Virus record (IMG/VR): IMGVR_UViG_3300045988_047893
Reading direction: 5' to 3' (one strand)
Source: a virus
DNA length: 52,768 nucleotides
Below the pieces are notes generated by a model. It worked only from the letters and a program-made list of their open reading frames with translations. It searched no databases and had not been told where the DNA came from. Positions 27,943-35,320 of the stretch are shown here, piece after piece; within the stretch, counting starts at the first letter, position 1, and every line of letters begins with the position of its first letter. A program made the translations under genes and the position numbers.

Positions 27943-29202
27943 ATGGCAAACGTAAAACTGGGCACAAAATCCGTTGGCAGCATTGTCAAAATCAAGGTCA
28001 ACGGCGCGTCCAAAGATTTTATTGTCGTGCAGCAGGGCAACCCGAATACCGGCACCTATGATTCGAGTTGCGCCGGAACGTGGCTGCTGATGAAGGACAT
28101 CTACACAACGTCCACGTTCGGCAACAATAACTCCTACAAGGATTCCAGCATCCACACATACCTGAACGGAACATTCTACAACCTCATCGACAGCAACATC
28201 CGGGCGGCTATTAAGCAGGTGAAAATCCCGTACCAGAACGGCACTGGTTCCGGCGGCAGCCTTGCCACCGGCTCCAACGGCCTGAGCACCAAAGTGTTCC
28301 TGCTGTCTGGTTATGAGGTTGGTTGGACGACCAGCGACAACGGCTATTTCCCAAAGGATGGTGTTCGGCTGGCGTACTTTGGCAACAGCTCTGGCGGCAA
28401 CAGCAAGCGTGTCGCCTACAACGGCAGCTCCGCTGCCCGTTGGTGGCTGCGCTCTCCGTACACCAGCGATGGCAGCGTCGTCTGGCGCGTCTTCACCGAT
28501 GGCTCCAACGGCAACGGCTGGTACGGCAACTCCTATGGTGTTCGCCCCGCTTTCATTCTTCCCTCTACACTCGTGGTCTCTGACGATGGCACGGTCAGTG
28601 TCAACACTGCACCTACCGTCAGCACGGACGGCGCAGCTCTGGGGCAGAAGAACGCGGCCTTTGCGTGGAAGTACACCGTCAGGGATGCCGACGGCGACAC
28701 CTTGACCGTCACCGAAAAGCTGGACGGAAAGACCGCCAAGACCCGCACCGGCGTTGCCAGCGGCACGGCCCTGACTTTTGAGCAGACGGCCAGCGCTGCC
28801 GGATTCCAGAAAATCCTGAACGGCAACCACACCATCACCGTTGAGGTGAGCGACGGCAAGGAAACCGTCAGCACGTCCGCGACCTTTACCAAGGCCGTCC
28901 ACGCCGCAAGCGTGACGCTGGCTGAACCGTTGGCCGTTGAGGGCGACATTACCGTTGCCGTGCTTCAGGTGACCGGCTCCATCCCCGATGATGCGAAGTT
29001 CAAAGCCGAAGTGACCAACAACGCCAAGGACGCGGCCCCGGTGTGGCAGGATGTCACCACCGAGGTGCGGAAAGGCGTGAACATCGTCTTTGAGAACAAG
29101 ACCGCCACGGCGGGCGCGGCATTCAATTTCCGCGTCAGCGTCAGCCGCGGTGCATCCGGCGATGGCGGCTACATCGAAGCCGTCTCCGGCGCATTCCAGT
29201 AA
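27943..29202 (+). CDS. DGR target protein 1 (VR-containing ligand-binding domain plus C-terminal beta-rich region)
   Basis: ATG 27943 after AAGGAGG. WWLRSPYTSDGSVVWRVFTDGSNGNGWYGNSYGVRPAF is encoded by VR1. The C-terminal half looks like Ig-type repeats. Confidence 0.75.
   Translation: MANVKLGTKSVGSIVKIKVNGASKDFIVVQQGNPNTGTYDSSCAGTWLLMKDIYTTSTFGNNNSYKDSSIHTYLNGTFYNLIDSNIRAAIKQVKIPYQNGTGSGGSLATGSNGLSTKVFLLSGYEVGWTTSDNGYFPKDGVRLAYFGNSSGGNSKRVAYNGSSAARWWLRSPYTSDGSVVWRVFTDGSNGNGWYGNSYGVRPAFILPSTLVVSDDGTVSVNTAPTVSTDGAALGQKNAAFAWKYTVRDADGDTLTVTEKLDGKTAKTRTGVASGTALTFEQTASAAGFQKILNGNHTITVEVSDGKETVSTSATFTKAVHAASVTLAEPLAVEGDITVAVLQVTGSIPDDAKFKAEVTNNAKDAAPVWQDVTTEVRKGVNIVFENKTATAGAAFNFRVSVSRGASGDGGYIEAVSGAFQ
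28441..28550 (+). repeat. DGR variable repeat 1 (VR1)
   Basis: 18 differences from the TR: 17 at TR adenines and one T-to-G (TR tac, VR1 ggc). Confidence 0.85.
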
Positions 29203-29216
29203 GGAGGACAGTCACC

Positions 29217-29420
29217 ATGATTCAGTGGAAAAAGGACAATCTGCCCACCCGGCAGGAGAAGGAAGCCGCAGCCAAGAAGCAGCAGGAGCACGAACAGTTG
29301 CCCGACCGTGTGGCTGAAATGGAAGATGCCCTGTGCGAACAGGACGCGGCCAACGAGAAGCGCTTGACCGACATCGAAACCGCGCTGTGTGAGCTGGACG
29401 CAGCGCTGAACAAGGAATAA
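29217..29420 (+). CDS. Small coiled-coil protein
   Basis: 67 aa with an AAGGAGG RBS. No family recognised. Confidence 0.45.
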   Translation: MIQWKKDNLPTRQEKEAAAKKQQEHEQLPDRVAEMEDALCEQDAANEKRLTDIETALCELDAALNKE

Positions 29421-29432
29421 GGAGGTATCACC

Positions 29433-29603
29433 ATGAACATTATCTGGGCAAACCGCCTGATTGCAGGCACTAAGACTTGGGCAGAGATGCCCGCATCCCG
29501 CCGCGTTGGCGTGAAGAAAGTTCTGGCCGAGCGCGTAAACAAGGGCGAGATCACCGCCGAGGATTACAAGCGCATCACCGGTGACGACTATGACGTGGCC
29601 TGA
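29433..29603 (+). CDS. XkdX-like small protein
   Basis: 56 aa, not in the ORF track. MNIIWANRLIAGTKTWAEMP..VNKGEITAEDYKRITGDDYDVA matches the XkdX pattern (GxIT.E.Y..ITG). AGGAGG RBS. Confidence 0.6.
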   Translation: MNIIWANRLIAGTKTWAEMPASRRVGVKKVLAERVNKGEITAEDYKRITGDDYDVA

Positions 29604-29754
29604 GCTGTGTGAGAAGCTGTTGACCCGGCTTGAAGCGCAGGGCGAGAACATGAGCACCGAGCGTGCAGAGTTCGGGGTGCTCATGGTGGACTGTGCCATG
29701 CGCGGGTGCGGGGCTGATCCGGGCATGAAGGGAGATGGTAGCAATGGCGATTAA
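29590..29754 (+). CDS. Small hypothetical ORF (54 aa)
   Basis: Overlaps neighbours at both ends. MTWPELCEKLLTRLEAQGEN... Found by hand translation only. Confidence 0.3.
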   Translation: MTWPELCEKLLTRLEAQGENMSTERAEFGVLMVDCAMRGCGADPGMKGDGSNGD

Positions 29755-30157
29755 AGCCTATTCGTATGCGAAGGACGGGAACAGAAAGCTCTCCGCAAAT
29801 TTTGCGGTGAAGGAGTTCCGCTGCAAGGATGGGAGTGACCCGATCTTTATTGACGATGAGCTTGTGACCCTGCTGCAGAAAATCCGGGATCATTTCGGGA
29901 AGTCTGTGACGATCACGAGTGCATACCGTACCGCCGCCCACAACAAGGCGGTGAAGGGGGCGACCTACAGCCAGCATTGTTACGGCAAGGCTGCGGACAT
30001 CCGGGTGCAGGGCGTGGGTGTTGAAGCTGTGGCTGCCTATGCCGAGACCCTACTGCCGAATCGTGGCGGCATCGGGCGCTATCCTGTAAAGGCGGGCCGC
30101 CCTGCTGGTTGGGTACATATCGACACCCGCGCGGCAAAGAGCCGGTGGGTAAGCTGA
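29744..30157 (+). CDS. Peptidase M15 family endolysin
   Basis: FAVKEFRCKDGS..VTITSAYRTAAHNKAVKGATYSQHCYGKAADIRV (SxHxxGxAxD zinc-peptidase motif). Confidence 0.8.
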   Translation: MAIKAYSYAKDGNRKLSANFAVKEFRCKDGSDPIFIDDELVTLLQKIRDHFGKSVTITSAYRTAAHNKAVKGATYSQHCYGKAADIRVQGVGVEAVAAYAETLLPNRGGIGRYPVKAGRPAGWVHIDTRAAKSRWVS

Positions 30158-30175
30158 AAGTAGGAGGAAAACAGT

Positions 30176-30571
30176 ATGGAGAACATTCTGAAAGTTTTTC
30201 TGATGGCATTCCCTGAATGGCTGGCCTGCATCTTCATGGTGGTCGGCCTTGTGGTCACGGCGCTGGCGGCGGTACGTCTGGGTTACGGCCTTGTGGTCGC
30301 AAAGACCGTGTACAAGTGGATCGTCAACGCGGAAGAAAAGTTCGGCGCGGGTGCAGGCGCAGAGAAGAAAGCGCACGTTATCGCGGTGCTGCGCGGCTAC
30401 ACCCCGGACTGGCTGGACTGGGCAATCAATGAGCGGACGCTGGATTGGATCGTACAGCTTGTGTTCGACTTTACCAAGAAGAAGCTCGAAGATTACATGG
30501 CAAAGAAATCCGCGGAAACCACCACTGTGGCCCGTTTCGGTAAGGCGGGGGAGGACAAGCGTAATGACTGA
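30176..30571 (+). CDS. Holin (LL-H-like)
   Basis: N-terminal TM segment WLACIFMVVGLVVTALAAV. Position after the endolysin. Confidence 0.5.
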   Translation: MENILKVFLMAFPEWLACIFMVVGLVVTALAAVRLGYGLVVAKTVYKWIVNAEEKFGAGAGAEKKAHVIAVLRGYTPDWLDWAINERTLDWIVQLVFDFTKKKLEDYMAKKSAETTTVARFGKAGEDKRND

Positions 30572-30881
30572 CGAGGAACTGGAACATCGCCTGACAGCGG
30601 TCGAAAACCGTGCACAGAGCAACACCCACCGGCTGGACGAGCTGGGGAAGCTGACCGATGCAGTAAACGGCATGAACACCAATATCAAGTTGACCATCCA
30701 GCAACTCGAAAACACAAACAAGAGCCTTGAAATTGTAACGGCTCAAAACAAAAAGCAGGAGGACCGCCTGACCGCGCTGGAAAAAGCCCCCGGAACATTT
30801 GGGAACAAACTTTGGTGGGCTGTGATTGCGGCGTTGGTTTCCGGCCTTGTGGCATATGAACTGACGATGCTTCTGCACTGA
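30564..30881 (+). CDS. XhlA-like lysis-associated membrane protein
   Basis: Coiled coil (LEHRLTAVENRAQSN..) plus a C-terminal TM segment LWWAVIAALVSGLVAYELTMLL. Confidence 0.55.
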   Translation: MTDEELEHRLTAVENRAQSNTHRLDELGKLTDAVNGMNTNIKLTIQQLENTNKSLEIVTAQNKKQEDRLTALEKAPGTFGNKLWWAVIAALVSGLVAYELTMLLH

Positions 30882-30888
30882 AATGAAA

Positions 30889-30933
30889 ATCCCCCGCTGG
30901 CATCCTGATGGATTGCTGGCGGGGGATTTTTTG
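30889..30933 (+). terminator. Intrinsic terminator ending the late/lysis operon
   Basis: ATCCCCCGC pairs with GCGGGGGAT, followed by TTTTTTG. Confidence 0.75.
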
Positions 30934-30980
30934 TTTGTCTGGAAGTTTTGCACAAAGGAAATGTGCAAAGTGTGGAAAAA

Positions 30981-31010
30981 TTGCGAATTGACAACGGTAT
31001 ACCGTATAAT
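30981..31010 (+). promoter_or_regulatory. Promoter of the transposase gene
   Basis: TTGCGA, 18 nt, TATAAT. The spacer contains the perfect palindrome CGGTATACCG. Confidence 0.5.
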
Positions 31011-31059
31011 TTACGCTTAAAACGAAAATAAACGCCATAGTCGAAAGGAGGAAAACGGC

Positions 31060-32118
31060 GTGCGAGTGTTCAAACAGCTTACGCTTACAGACCGAATCCG
31101 TATTGAAAAGTGGTTGAAAGATGGGCTGAGAGTAAAGGAAATCGCAGACAGGTTGCGGGTTGACCCGTCCACGGTGTACCGGGAACTGAAACGCGGCAGC
31201 TACGACAAGTTGGACGGTAAGACGTGGAAGCTGATTCCTACATATAGCCCGGATATTGCAGAACAAAGGTATCAGGCACATCTTCGGGAGAAGGGACCAA
31301 ACATTAAGATTGGCAAGGATCATGAGCTTGCAAGCTATATCGAGCAGACCATTATAGATAAGGATTGTTCACCGGCTGCTGTGTACGGTTATGCCCTGGA
31401 AGAAGGACGGACATTCAAAACGCATATATCGGTGCCTACCATATACAGCTACATCAAAAAGGGCGTGTTCCTGAACTTGACGCAAAAGGCTCTGCCCAGA
31501 CATGGAGTGCATAAGGGCGACTATAAAAAGGTGAAAACAAAGGATCCTGCTCGTGCGCCTGCCGGTGAGAGCATCGAAAAACGCCCGGCGGAAGTAAAAG
31601 ACCGTGAAGAATTTGGACACTGGGAAATGGACACGGTGTATTCTGGCAAGAAGAAAAGCACGGTTGCGCTGCTGGTGCTGACTGAGCGCAAGACCCGGAA
31701 CGAAAATATTATAGTGGTGCCAGATCGCCGCGCAGAGACGACCGTGCGGGCAATCAATGCACTGGAACGGAAGTTAGGTGCAGAGAAGTTTGGCATTATC
31801 TATAAGAGCATCACAGTGGACAACGGCAGTGAGTTTGCATTGGCCGACCAGCTGGAACAGTCCTGCATCACCGGAGATAAGCGGACGAAGGTGTACTATT
31901 GTCATCCGTATTCTTCTTGGGAACGCGGGAGCAATGAGAATGTGAACGGCATGATTCGCCGCAGGCACCCGAAAGGCACAGACTTCTCAAAGGTCACGGC
32001 AGAGGAAATCGCGGCTACGGAGAACTGGATCAACAGCTATCCCAGAAAAATTTTCGGCTATAAGAGCGCCGGCACAATGTTCCGCGAATGCCTACGGGAG
32101 CTTGGTCTGACAGCATAA
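31060..32118 (+). CDS. IS30-family DDE transposase
   Basis: 352 aa. N-terminal HTH RIRIEKWLKDGLRVKEIADRLRVDPSTVYRELKRG. HWEMDTV.. and ITVDNGSEF.. DDE core. YYCHPYSSWERGSNENVNGMIRR is typical of IS30. Confidence 0.9.
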   Translation: MRVFKQLTLTDRIRIEKWLKDGLRVKEIADRLRVDPSTVYRELKRGSYDKLDGKTWKLIPTYSPDIAEQRYQAHLREKGPNIKIGKDHELASYIEQTIIDKDCSPAAVYGYALEEGRTFKTHISVPTIYSYIKKGVFLNLTQKALPRHGVHKGDYKKVKTKDPARAPAGESIEKRPAEVKDREEFGHWEMDTVYSGKKKSTVALLVLTERKTRNENIIVVPDRRAETTVRAINALERKLGAEKFGIIYKSITVDNGSEFALADQLEQSCITGDKRTKVYYCHPYSSWERGSNENVNGMIRRRHPKGTDFSKVTAEEIAATENWINSYPRKIFGYKSAGTMFRECLRELGLTA

Positions 32119-32293
32119 GCGACACGAAAACAGAAAACCGTTGGTAAAATCGAACAATAGAGGGCGGCTGCAAGCGGAGAAAACTTGACGGCCTGTCTGC
32201 TTTACGCTAAAATCCACAAAAATAAGGCCGAAAATTTGTTGCATTTAATGCTTTACTTTTCAAAGCTGAATTTGTAAAATAAACGCAAGAGAA

Positions 32294-32336
32294 AACGCAA
32301 GAGAAATCTTAGCGGATTCTCTTGCGTTATTTTTTT
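32294..32336 (+). terminator. Strong intrinsic terminator
   Basis: 12-bp perfect stem AACGCAAGAGAA / TTCTCTTGCGTT followed by ATTTTTTT. The 5' arm is the second unit of a tandem AACGCAAGAGAAA repeat. Confidence 0.8.
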
Positions 32337-32367
32337 GCGCATTTTTCAGGAAAGCGAGGGAACAGGA

Positions 32368-32616
32368 ATGGCAAAACACATGACGCAGGATGACCGCAAG
32401 GTGCTGGAAGCCCGGTACAATGCCGGACAGAGTGTTGCCGGAATCGCCAGGGCGATGAGCTTCAACTATTCCACCATCTATAAGGAACTGAAGCGCGGTG
32501 ACACTGGAAAGATGGATGCCAATGGTCGCGCAGGATATAGTGCAGAGCTTGGGCAGCAGCGATTATACAACGCAAAGCAGCGGTTCAGGTATCGGGCGGA
32601 TTGCCCGGCGGAGTAA
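32368..32616 (+). CDS. Stand-alone HTH protein homologous to the IS30 transposase N-terminus
   Basis: DRKVLEARYNAGQSVAGIARAMSFNYSTIYKELKRG aligns with residues 11-46 of the 31060 transposase. No DDE domain. Confidence 0.6.
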   Translation: MAKHMTQDDRKVLEARYNAGQSVAGIARAMSFNYSTIYKELKRGDTGKMDANGRAGYSAELGQQRLYNAKQRFRYRADCPAE

Positions 32617-32619
32617 GGC

Positions 32620-33333
32620 ATGGGAGAAGTGTTTAAGCTGAACCATTGCTATAACATGGACTGCCTGCCGGCAATGGAACTGTTCCCGGATAATTATTTT
32701 GATCTGGCGGTTGTGGATCCGCCGTATTTCTCTGGTCCGGAACGCAGAGGCTTTTACGGATCCAAAGTCAGCAAAATAGGCGTACACCGTGACTACCCCG
32801 TCTCTCCTGCTTGGAGTAAACCAGAGCCGGAGTATTTCAGGGAGCTGTTTCGAGTGTGCCGCCACTATATTGTATGGGGCTGCAACTATTTTGACTACCA
32901 GTTTGCTACCGGACGGATCGTGTGGGACAAGTGCAATGGAAATTCTAGCTTTTCAGATTGCGAGATTGCGGCGACAAATTTGTTTTCCTCAGTGAGAATG
33001 TTCCGGTATATGTGGTCCGGCATGATGCAGGGAAAAAGCATCACAGAAGGCGACACCATGCAGGGAAACAAGAGCTTGAACGAAAAGCGAATCCACCCAA
33101 CGCAGAAGCCGGTTGCTCTTTATGACTGGATTTTCAAAAACTATGCAGAGCCAGGGCAGAAGATCCTTGACACCCACCTCGGAAGCGGAAGCAGCCGCAT
33201 AGCAGCATATGAGGCGGGGCTTGGCTTTATCGGATTTGAAATTGATCCGTTCTATTTCCAGTTGGAAGAAGAACGGTTTTCTGAGTACACAAGTCAAACA
33301 AGCCTGTTTCACATGGAGGGAAAGAAAAAATGA
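32620..33333 (+). CDS. DNA methyltransferase, beta-class (N6-adenine or N4-cytosine)
   Basis: DLAVVDPPYF (DPPY), HPTQKP, and ILDTHLGSGSS (FxGxG-like) C-terminal to the catalytic motif. Confidence 0.85.
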   Translation: MGEVFKLNHCYNMDCLPAMELFPDNYFDLAVVDPPYFSGPERRGFYGSKVSKIGVHRDYPVSPAWSKPEPEYFRELFRVCRHYIVWGCNYFDYQFATGRIVWDKCNGNSSFSDCEIAATNLFSSVRMFRYMWSGMMQGKSITEGDTMQGNKSLNEKRIHPTQKPVALYDWIFKNYAEPGQKILDTHLGSGSSRIAAYEAGLGFIGFEIDPFYFQLEEERFSEYTSQTSLFHMEGKKK

Positions 33334-33605
33334 TTCTTGAAAAACTTCACAGAGCAATCAACAACTTCAACAAGACATTCAACTGGCGGCGCTTCCGCCG
33401 CGATGCGCTGCACCTGGGAGAAAGCCTGCTGGTGTTCGGCGTGCTGTATGGCATTTTTTCAACCCTGATCTGGGGTGTCTGCTGGCTGTTCAAAATCAAT
33501 TACAACCCAGATCTCATTGCCGTTGCATGGGCAGTGCCGGTGTTGCTGGACACTTTGGTCAACAAGGCTTATGACTGGAACAATGAAGTCCGGGACTGGG
33601 ATTGA
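33330..33605 (+). CDS. Small membrane protein
   Basis: Two hydrophobic segments (LLVFGVLYGIFSTLIWGVCWLF and LIAVAWAVPVLL). Confidence 0.45.
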   Translation: MILEKLHRAINNFNKTFNWRRFRRDALHLGESLLVFGVLYGIFSTLIWGVCWLFKINYNPDLIAVAWAVPVLLDTLVNKAYDWNNEVRDWD

Positions 33606-33621
33606 AAGGTGGGAACGACCT

Positions 33622-34176
33622 ATGGATGAAGCAACAAGAATCTCGCTGAAAGACCAGTTCAACAGCCTTTTGGTACAGGCTATTGAGGGTAGGCGCGGCG
33701 GTATGGCACTGATGCGGGTGCTGGAAGAACTGGACTTTTACAATTCCCCGGCCAGCGCGAAGCATCACCTGAATGTCCCCGGCGGTCTGGTGCTGCATTC
33801 TCTCAATGTGGCAAGAGCTGCCCTGGAATTGTGCGACAAGATGCCGCAGTTTGCAAAATGCAATAAGGGCGCAGTCTTGACCGCCGCGTTACTCCATGAC
33901 GTTTGCAAGGCTGGGCAGTACATCAAAAAGCCGGATGGCAGTTACCGTTATGAAGATAGTCACTTGATGGGACACGGTGAAGCATCCGTCAGCATTATCA
34001 AAGACTGGATTTTCTTGACCGACACGGAAGCCCTAGCAATCAGGTGGCACATGGGAGCATATAGCGGAGAGCAGGACTGGGGAACGCTCAGCAAAGTATA
34101 CGACCGCTGCCCGGAAGCCCTGTGCCTGCACATGGCTGACATGATCGCAACGCACATCATGGAGGTAGAAGAGTGA
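33622..34176 (+). CDS. HD-domain phosphohydrolase
   Basis: SAKHHLNVPGGLVLHSLNV.. and AALLHDVCK (H..HD metal-binding motifs). Confidence 0.7.
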   Translation: MDEATRISLKDQFNSLLVQAIEGRRGGMALMRVLEELDFYNSPASAKHHLNVPGGLVLHSLNVARAALELCDKMPQFAKCNKGAVLTAALLHDVCKAGQYIKKPDGSYRYEDSHLMGHGEASVSIIKDWIFLTDTEALAIRWHMGAYSGEQDWGTLSKVYDRCPEALCLHMADMIATHIMEVEE

Positions 34177-34682
34177 GCAGAGGCACCGCCTACTATGATC
34201 TTCCGAATGGTGAGCGAATAGAACTGCCGACAACCATGCCGGATGTTGAGGAAGTGCCGGGACCCCTATGTGATGGAAAATTTGAATTGCCAGAAGCCGT
34301 AAAAGAAATGTTCAAGTGGATGGATGAAACATTCGGAACATGGGAAAGCGACTTCAGCAGTTTCAAAATCTGGATGAAATTGCGGAAAAACTTCAATCCA
34401 CCGGTGCGCTGGGAAGCGATGCAGGACAAGCGTCGAAACCCAAAGCCTTTGGGCCGAAACACCTATTTATATAAAGCAAGGAAGATCAAGAGCTTGGCAA
34501 GAAGTACACATACCAGAGCATCCCTGCACAAGGGAAAACAAAAGGACACTGAAGAACAGTGCAAGCACACATTCAAGATAACCGCAGCCCGGTGCGCGCC
34601 TTGCAGTGGTTACAACGTGGAGTGCGAGCACTACGAGAAAAACAGTGCCGCTGATACAAAGCATGGTTCTTCTCGAACGTGA
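34173..34682 (+). CDS. Hypothetical protein
   Basis: 169-aa ORF coupled to the HD gene. No family recognised. Confidence 0.45.
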   Translation: MSRGTAYYDLPNGERIELPTTMPDVEEVPGPLCDGKFELPEAVKEMFKWMDETFGTWESDFSSFKIWMKLRKNFNPPVRWEAMQDKRRNPKPLGRNTYLYKARKIKSLARSTHTRASLHKGKQKDTEEQCKHTFKITAARCAPCSGYNVECEHYEKNSAADTKHGSSRT

Positions 34683-34687
34683 AATAA

Positions 34688-34721
34688 GCAGCCCTGCACC
34701 GCAGAAGCGGGGCTGCTTTTA
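34688..34721 (+). terminator. Intrinsic terminator
   Basis: GCAGCCC pairs with GGGCTGC, followed by TTTT. Confidence 0.6.
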
Positions 34722-34739
34722 TATGGCGCATGGCGCTTT

Positions 34740-35150
34740 TTCTAGGCATTGAGCGCTGCAAGCAGGGCCGGACCCTGTATGTGCCGAGTTGAGTTTTCCA
34801 TGGAAGCCGGTACGGTCAGGAAATCAGCCGACCGACATAGCGGAATGGTGCTGTACAGCAGCGTCCTCCTTTCCGTTAAAGCCCGGTGCAAAACCGGGCT
34901 GCCATTTCCGCAAAAGCCGCACCCGCATGGAATCGACGGGAACGGGTGCGCCGCAGCATGAGCGTAGAAATGCCCTGTTCAATCCGCCCAGGAACAAAAG
35001 CGGTAGGCCATTGCCGTGGCCGCCCCGTCCGGTGCTCTCTTTGCCGGACGGGTATGATATGCGGACGCATAGAGGATGACCCTGCTTCTGACTATCCCCC
35101 ATGAGCAGGTGAGCCGGTTCGATACCGACCGTCCGTGCAAGAAAAGAAAT
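34740..35150 (+). ncRNA. Candidate structured non-coding RNA (class unknown)
   Basis: About 410 nt with no credible ORF, lying between a terminator and the next RBS. Perfect helices: 34880-87/34893-900 (GCAAA loop), 34918-25/34943-50, 35006-10/35017-21, 35024-32/35044-52, 35081-86/35104-09. Confidence 0.35.
35061..35139 (+). ncRNA. tRNA-like module (acceptor stem plus T-arm) at the 3' end of the structured region
   Basis: GCGGACG (35061-67) pairs with CGTCCGT (35130-36). T-arm is GCCGG-TTCGATA-CCGAC with one mismatch. There is no canonical D-arm, the central hairpin has a 17-nt loop, and no CCA is encoded. Confidence 0.3.
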
Positions 35151-35161
35151 GAGGAAAATGA

Positions 35162-35320
35162 ATGGAACTGGAATGCTTAACGCCGGAGTTTCCACAAGGA
35201 GCGAGAATTTACAGCGTGGACGGGGTGGCACCGTCGCTGCTCAATAGCGCTTCGGCCATGAGATCGCAAGGCTTTTTGGTCTGCGGGGGGGGGGGGCAGC
35301 ATGAAAATATGCGAAAGTAA
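35162..35320 (+). CDS. 52-aa ORF encoding a C5-MTase TRD-like fragment, ending just after the G12 tract
   Basis: GAGGAAAA RBS. MELECLTPEFPQGARIYSVDGVAPSLLNSASAMRSQGFLVCGGGG... A G11 tract would fuse it in frame to ORF 35301. Confidence 0.4.
   Translation: MELECLTPEFPQGARIYSVDGVAPSLLNSASAMRSQGFLVCGGGGQHENMRK
35285..35296 (+). repeat. Poly-G tract (G12) followed by CAGCATG
   Basis: Counted directly. Confidence 0.95.

Larger units (their letters stand above)
30940..32293 (+). mobile_element. IS30-family transposase unit (boundaries not resolved)
   Basis: Self-contained promoter, transposase gene and terminator between the phage lysis terminator and the next phage gene. I could not find clean terminal inverted repeats. 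Confidence 0.5.

Noticed and set aside
32281-32306. Tandem AACGCAAGAGAAA x2 as a regulatory iteron
   Set aside because: The second unit is simply the 5' arm of the 12-bp terminator stem at 32294-32336. There is no independent evidence for a separate function
34870-34925. Cobalamin-riboswitch-like core (AAGCCCGGTGCAAAACCGGGCTGCC)
   Set aside because: Only a superficial resemblance to the GGTGnnAAnCC..GCTG segment. I could not find the GGGAA element or a B12 box, and the gene context does not fit. Left for cmsearch to decide
34749-35104. ORFs 34749-34961, 34789-35079 and 34886-35104 (+), and 34824-35231 (-), as protein-coding genes
   Set aside because: They overlap one another in all frames, have no RBS, give low-complexity basic products, and coincide with a chain of perfect helices
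35061-35139. Calling this a tRNA gene
   Set aside because: It has no canonical D-arm, a 17-nt central loop instead of a 7-nt anticodon loop, a mismatch in the T-stem and no CCA. It is kept only as a tRNA-like module
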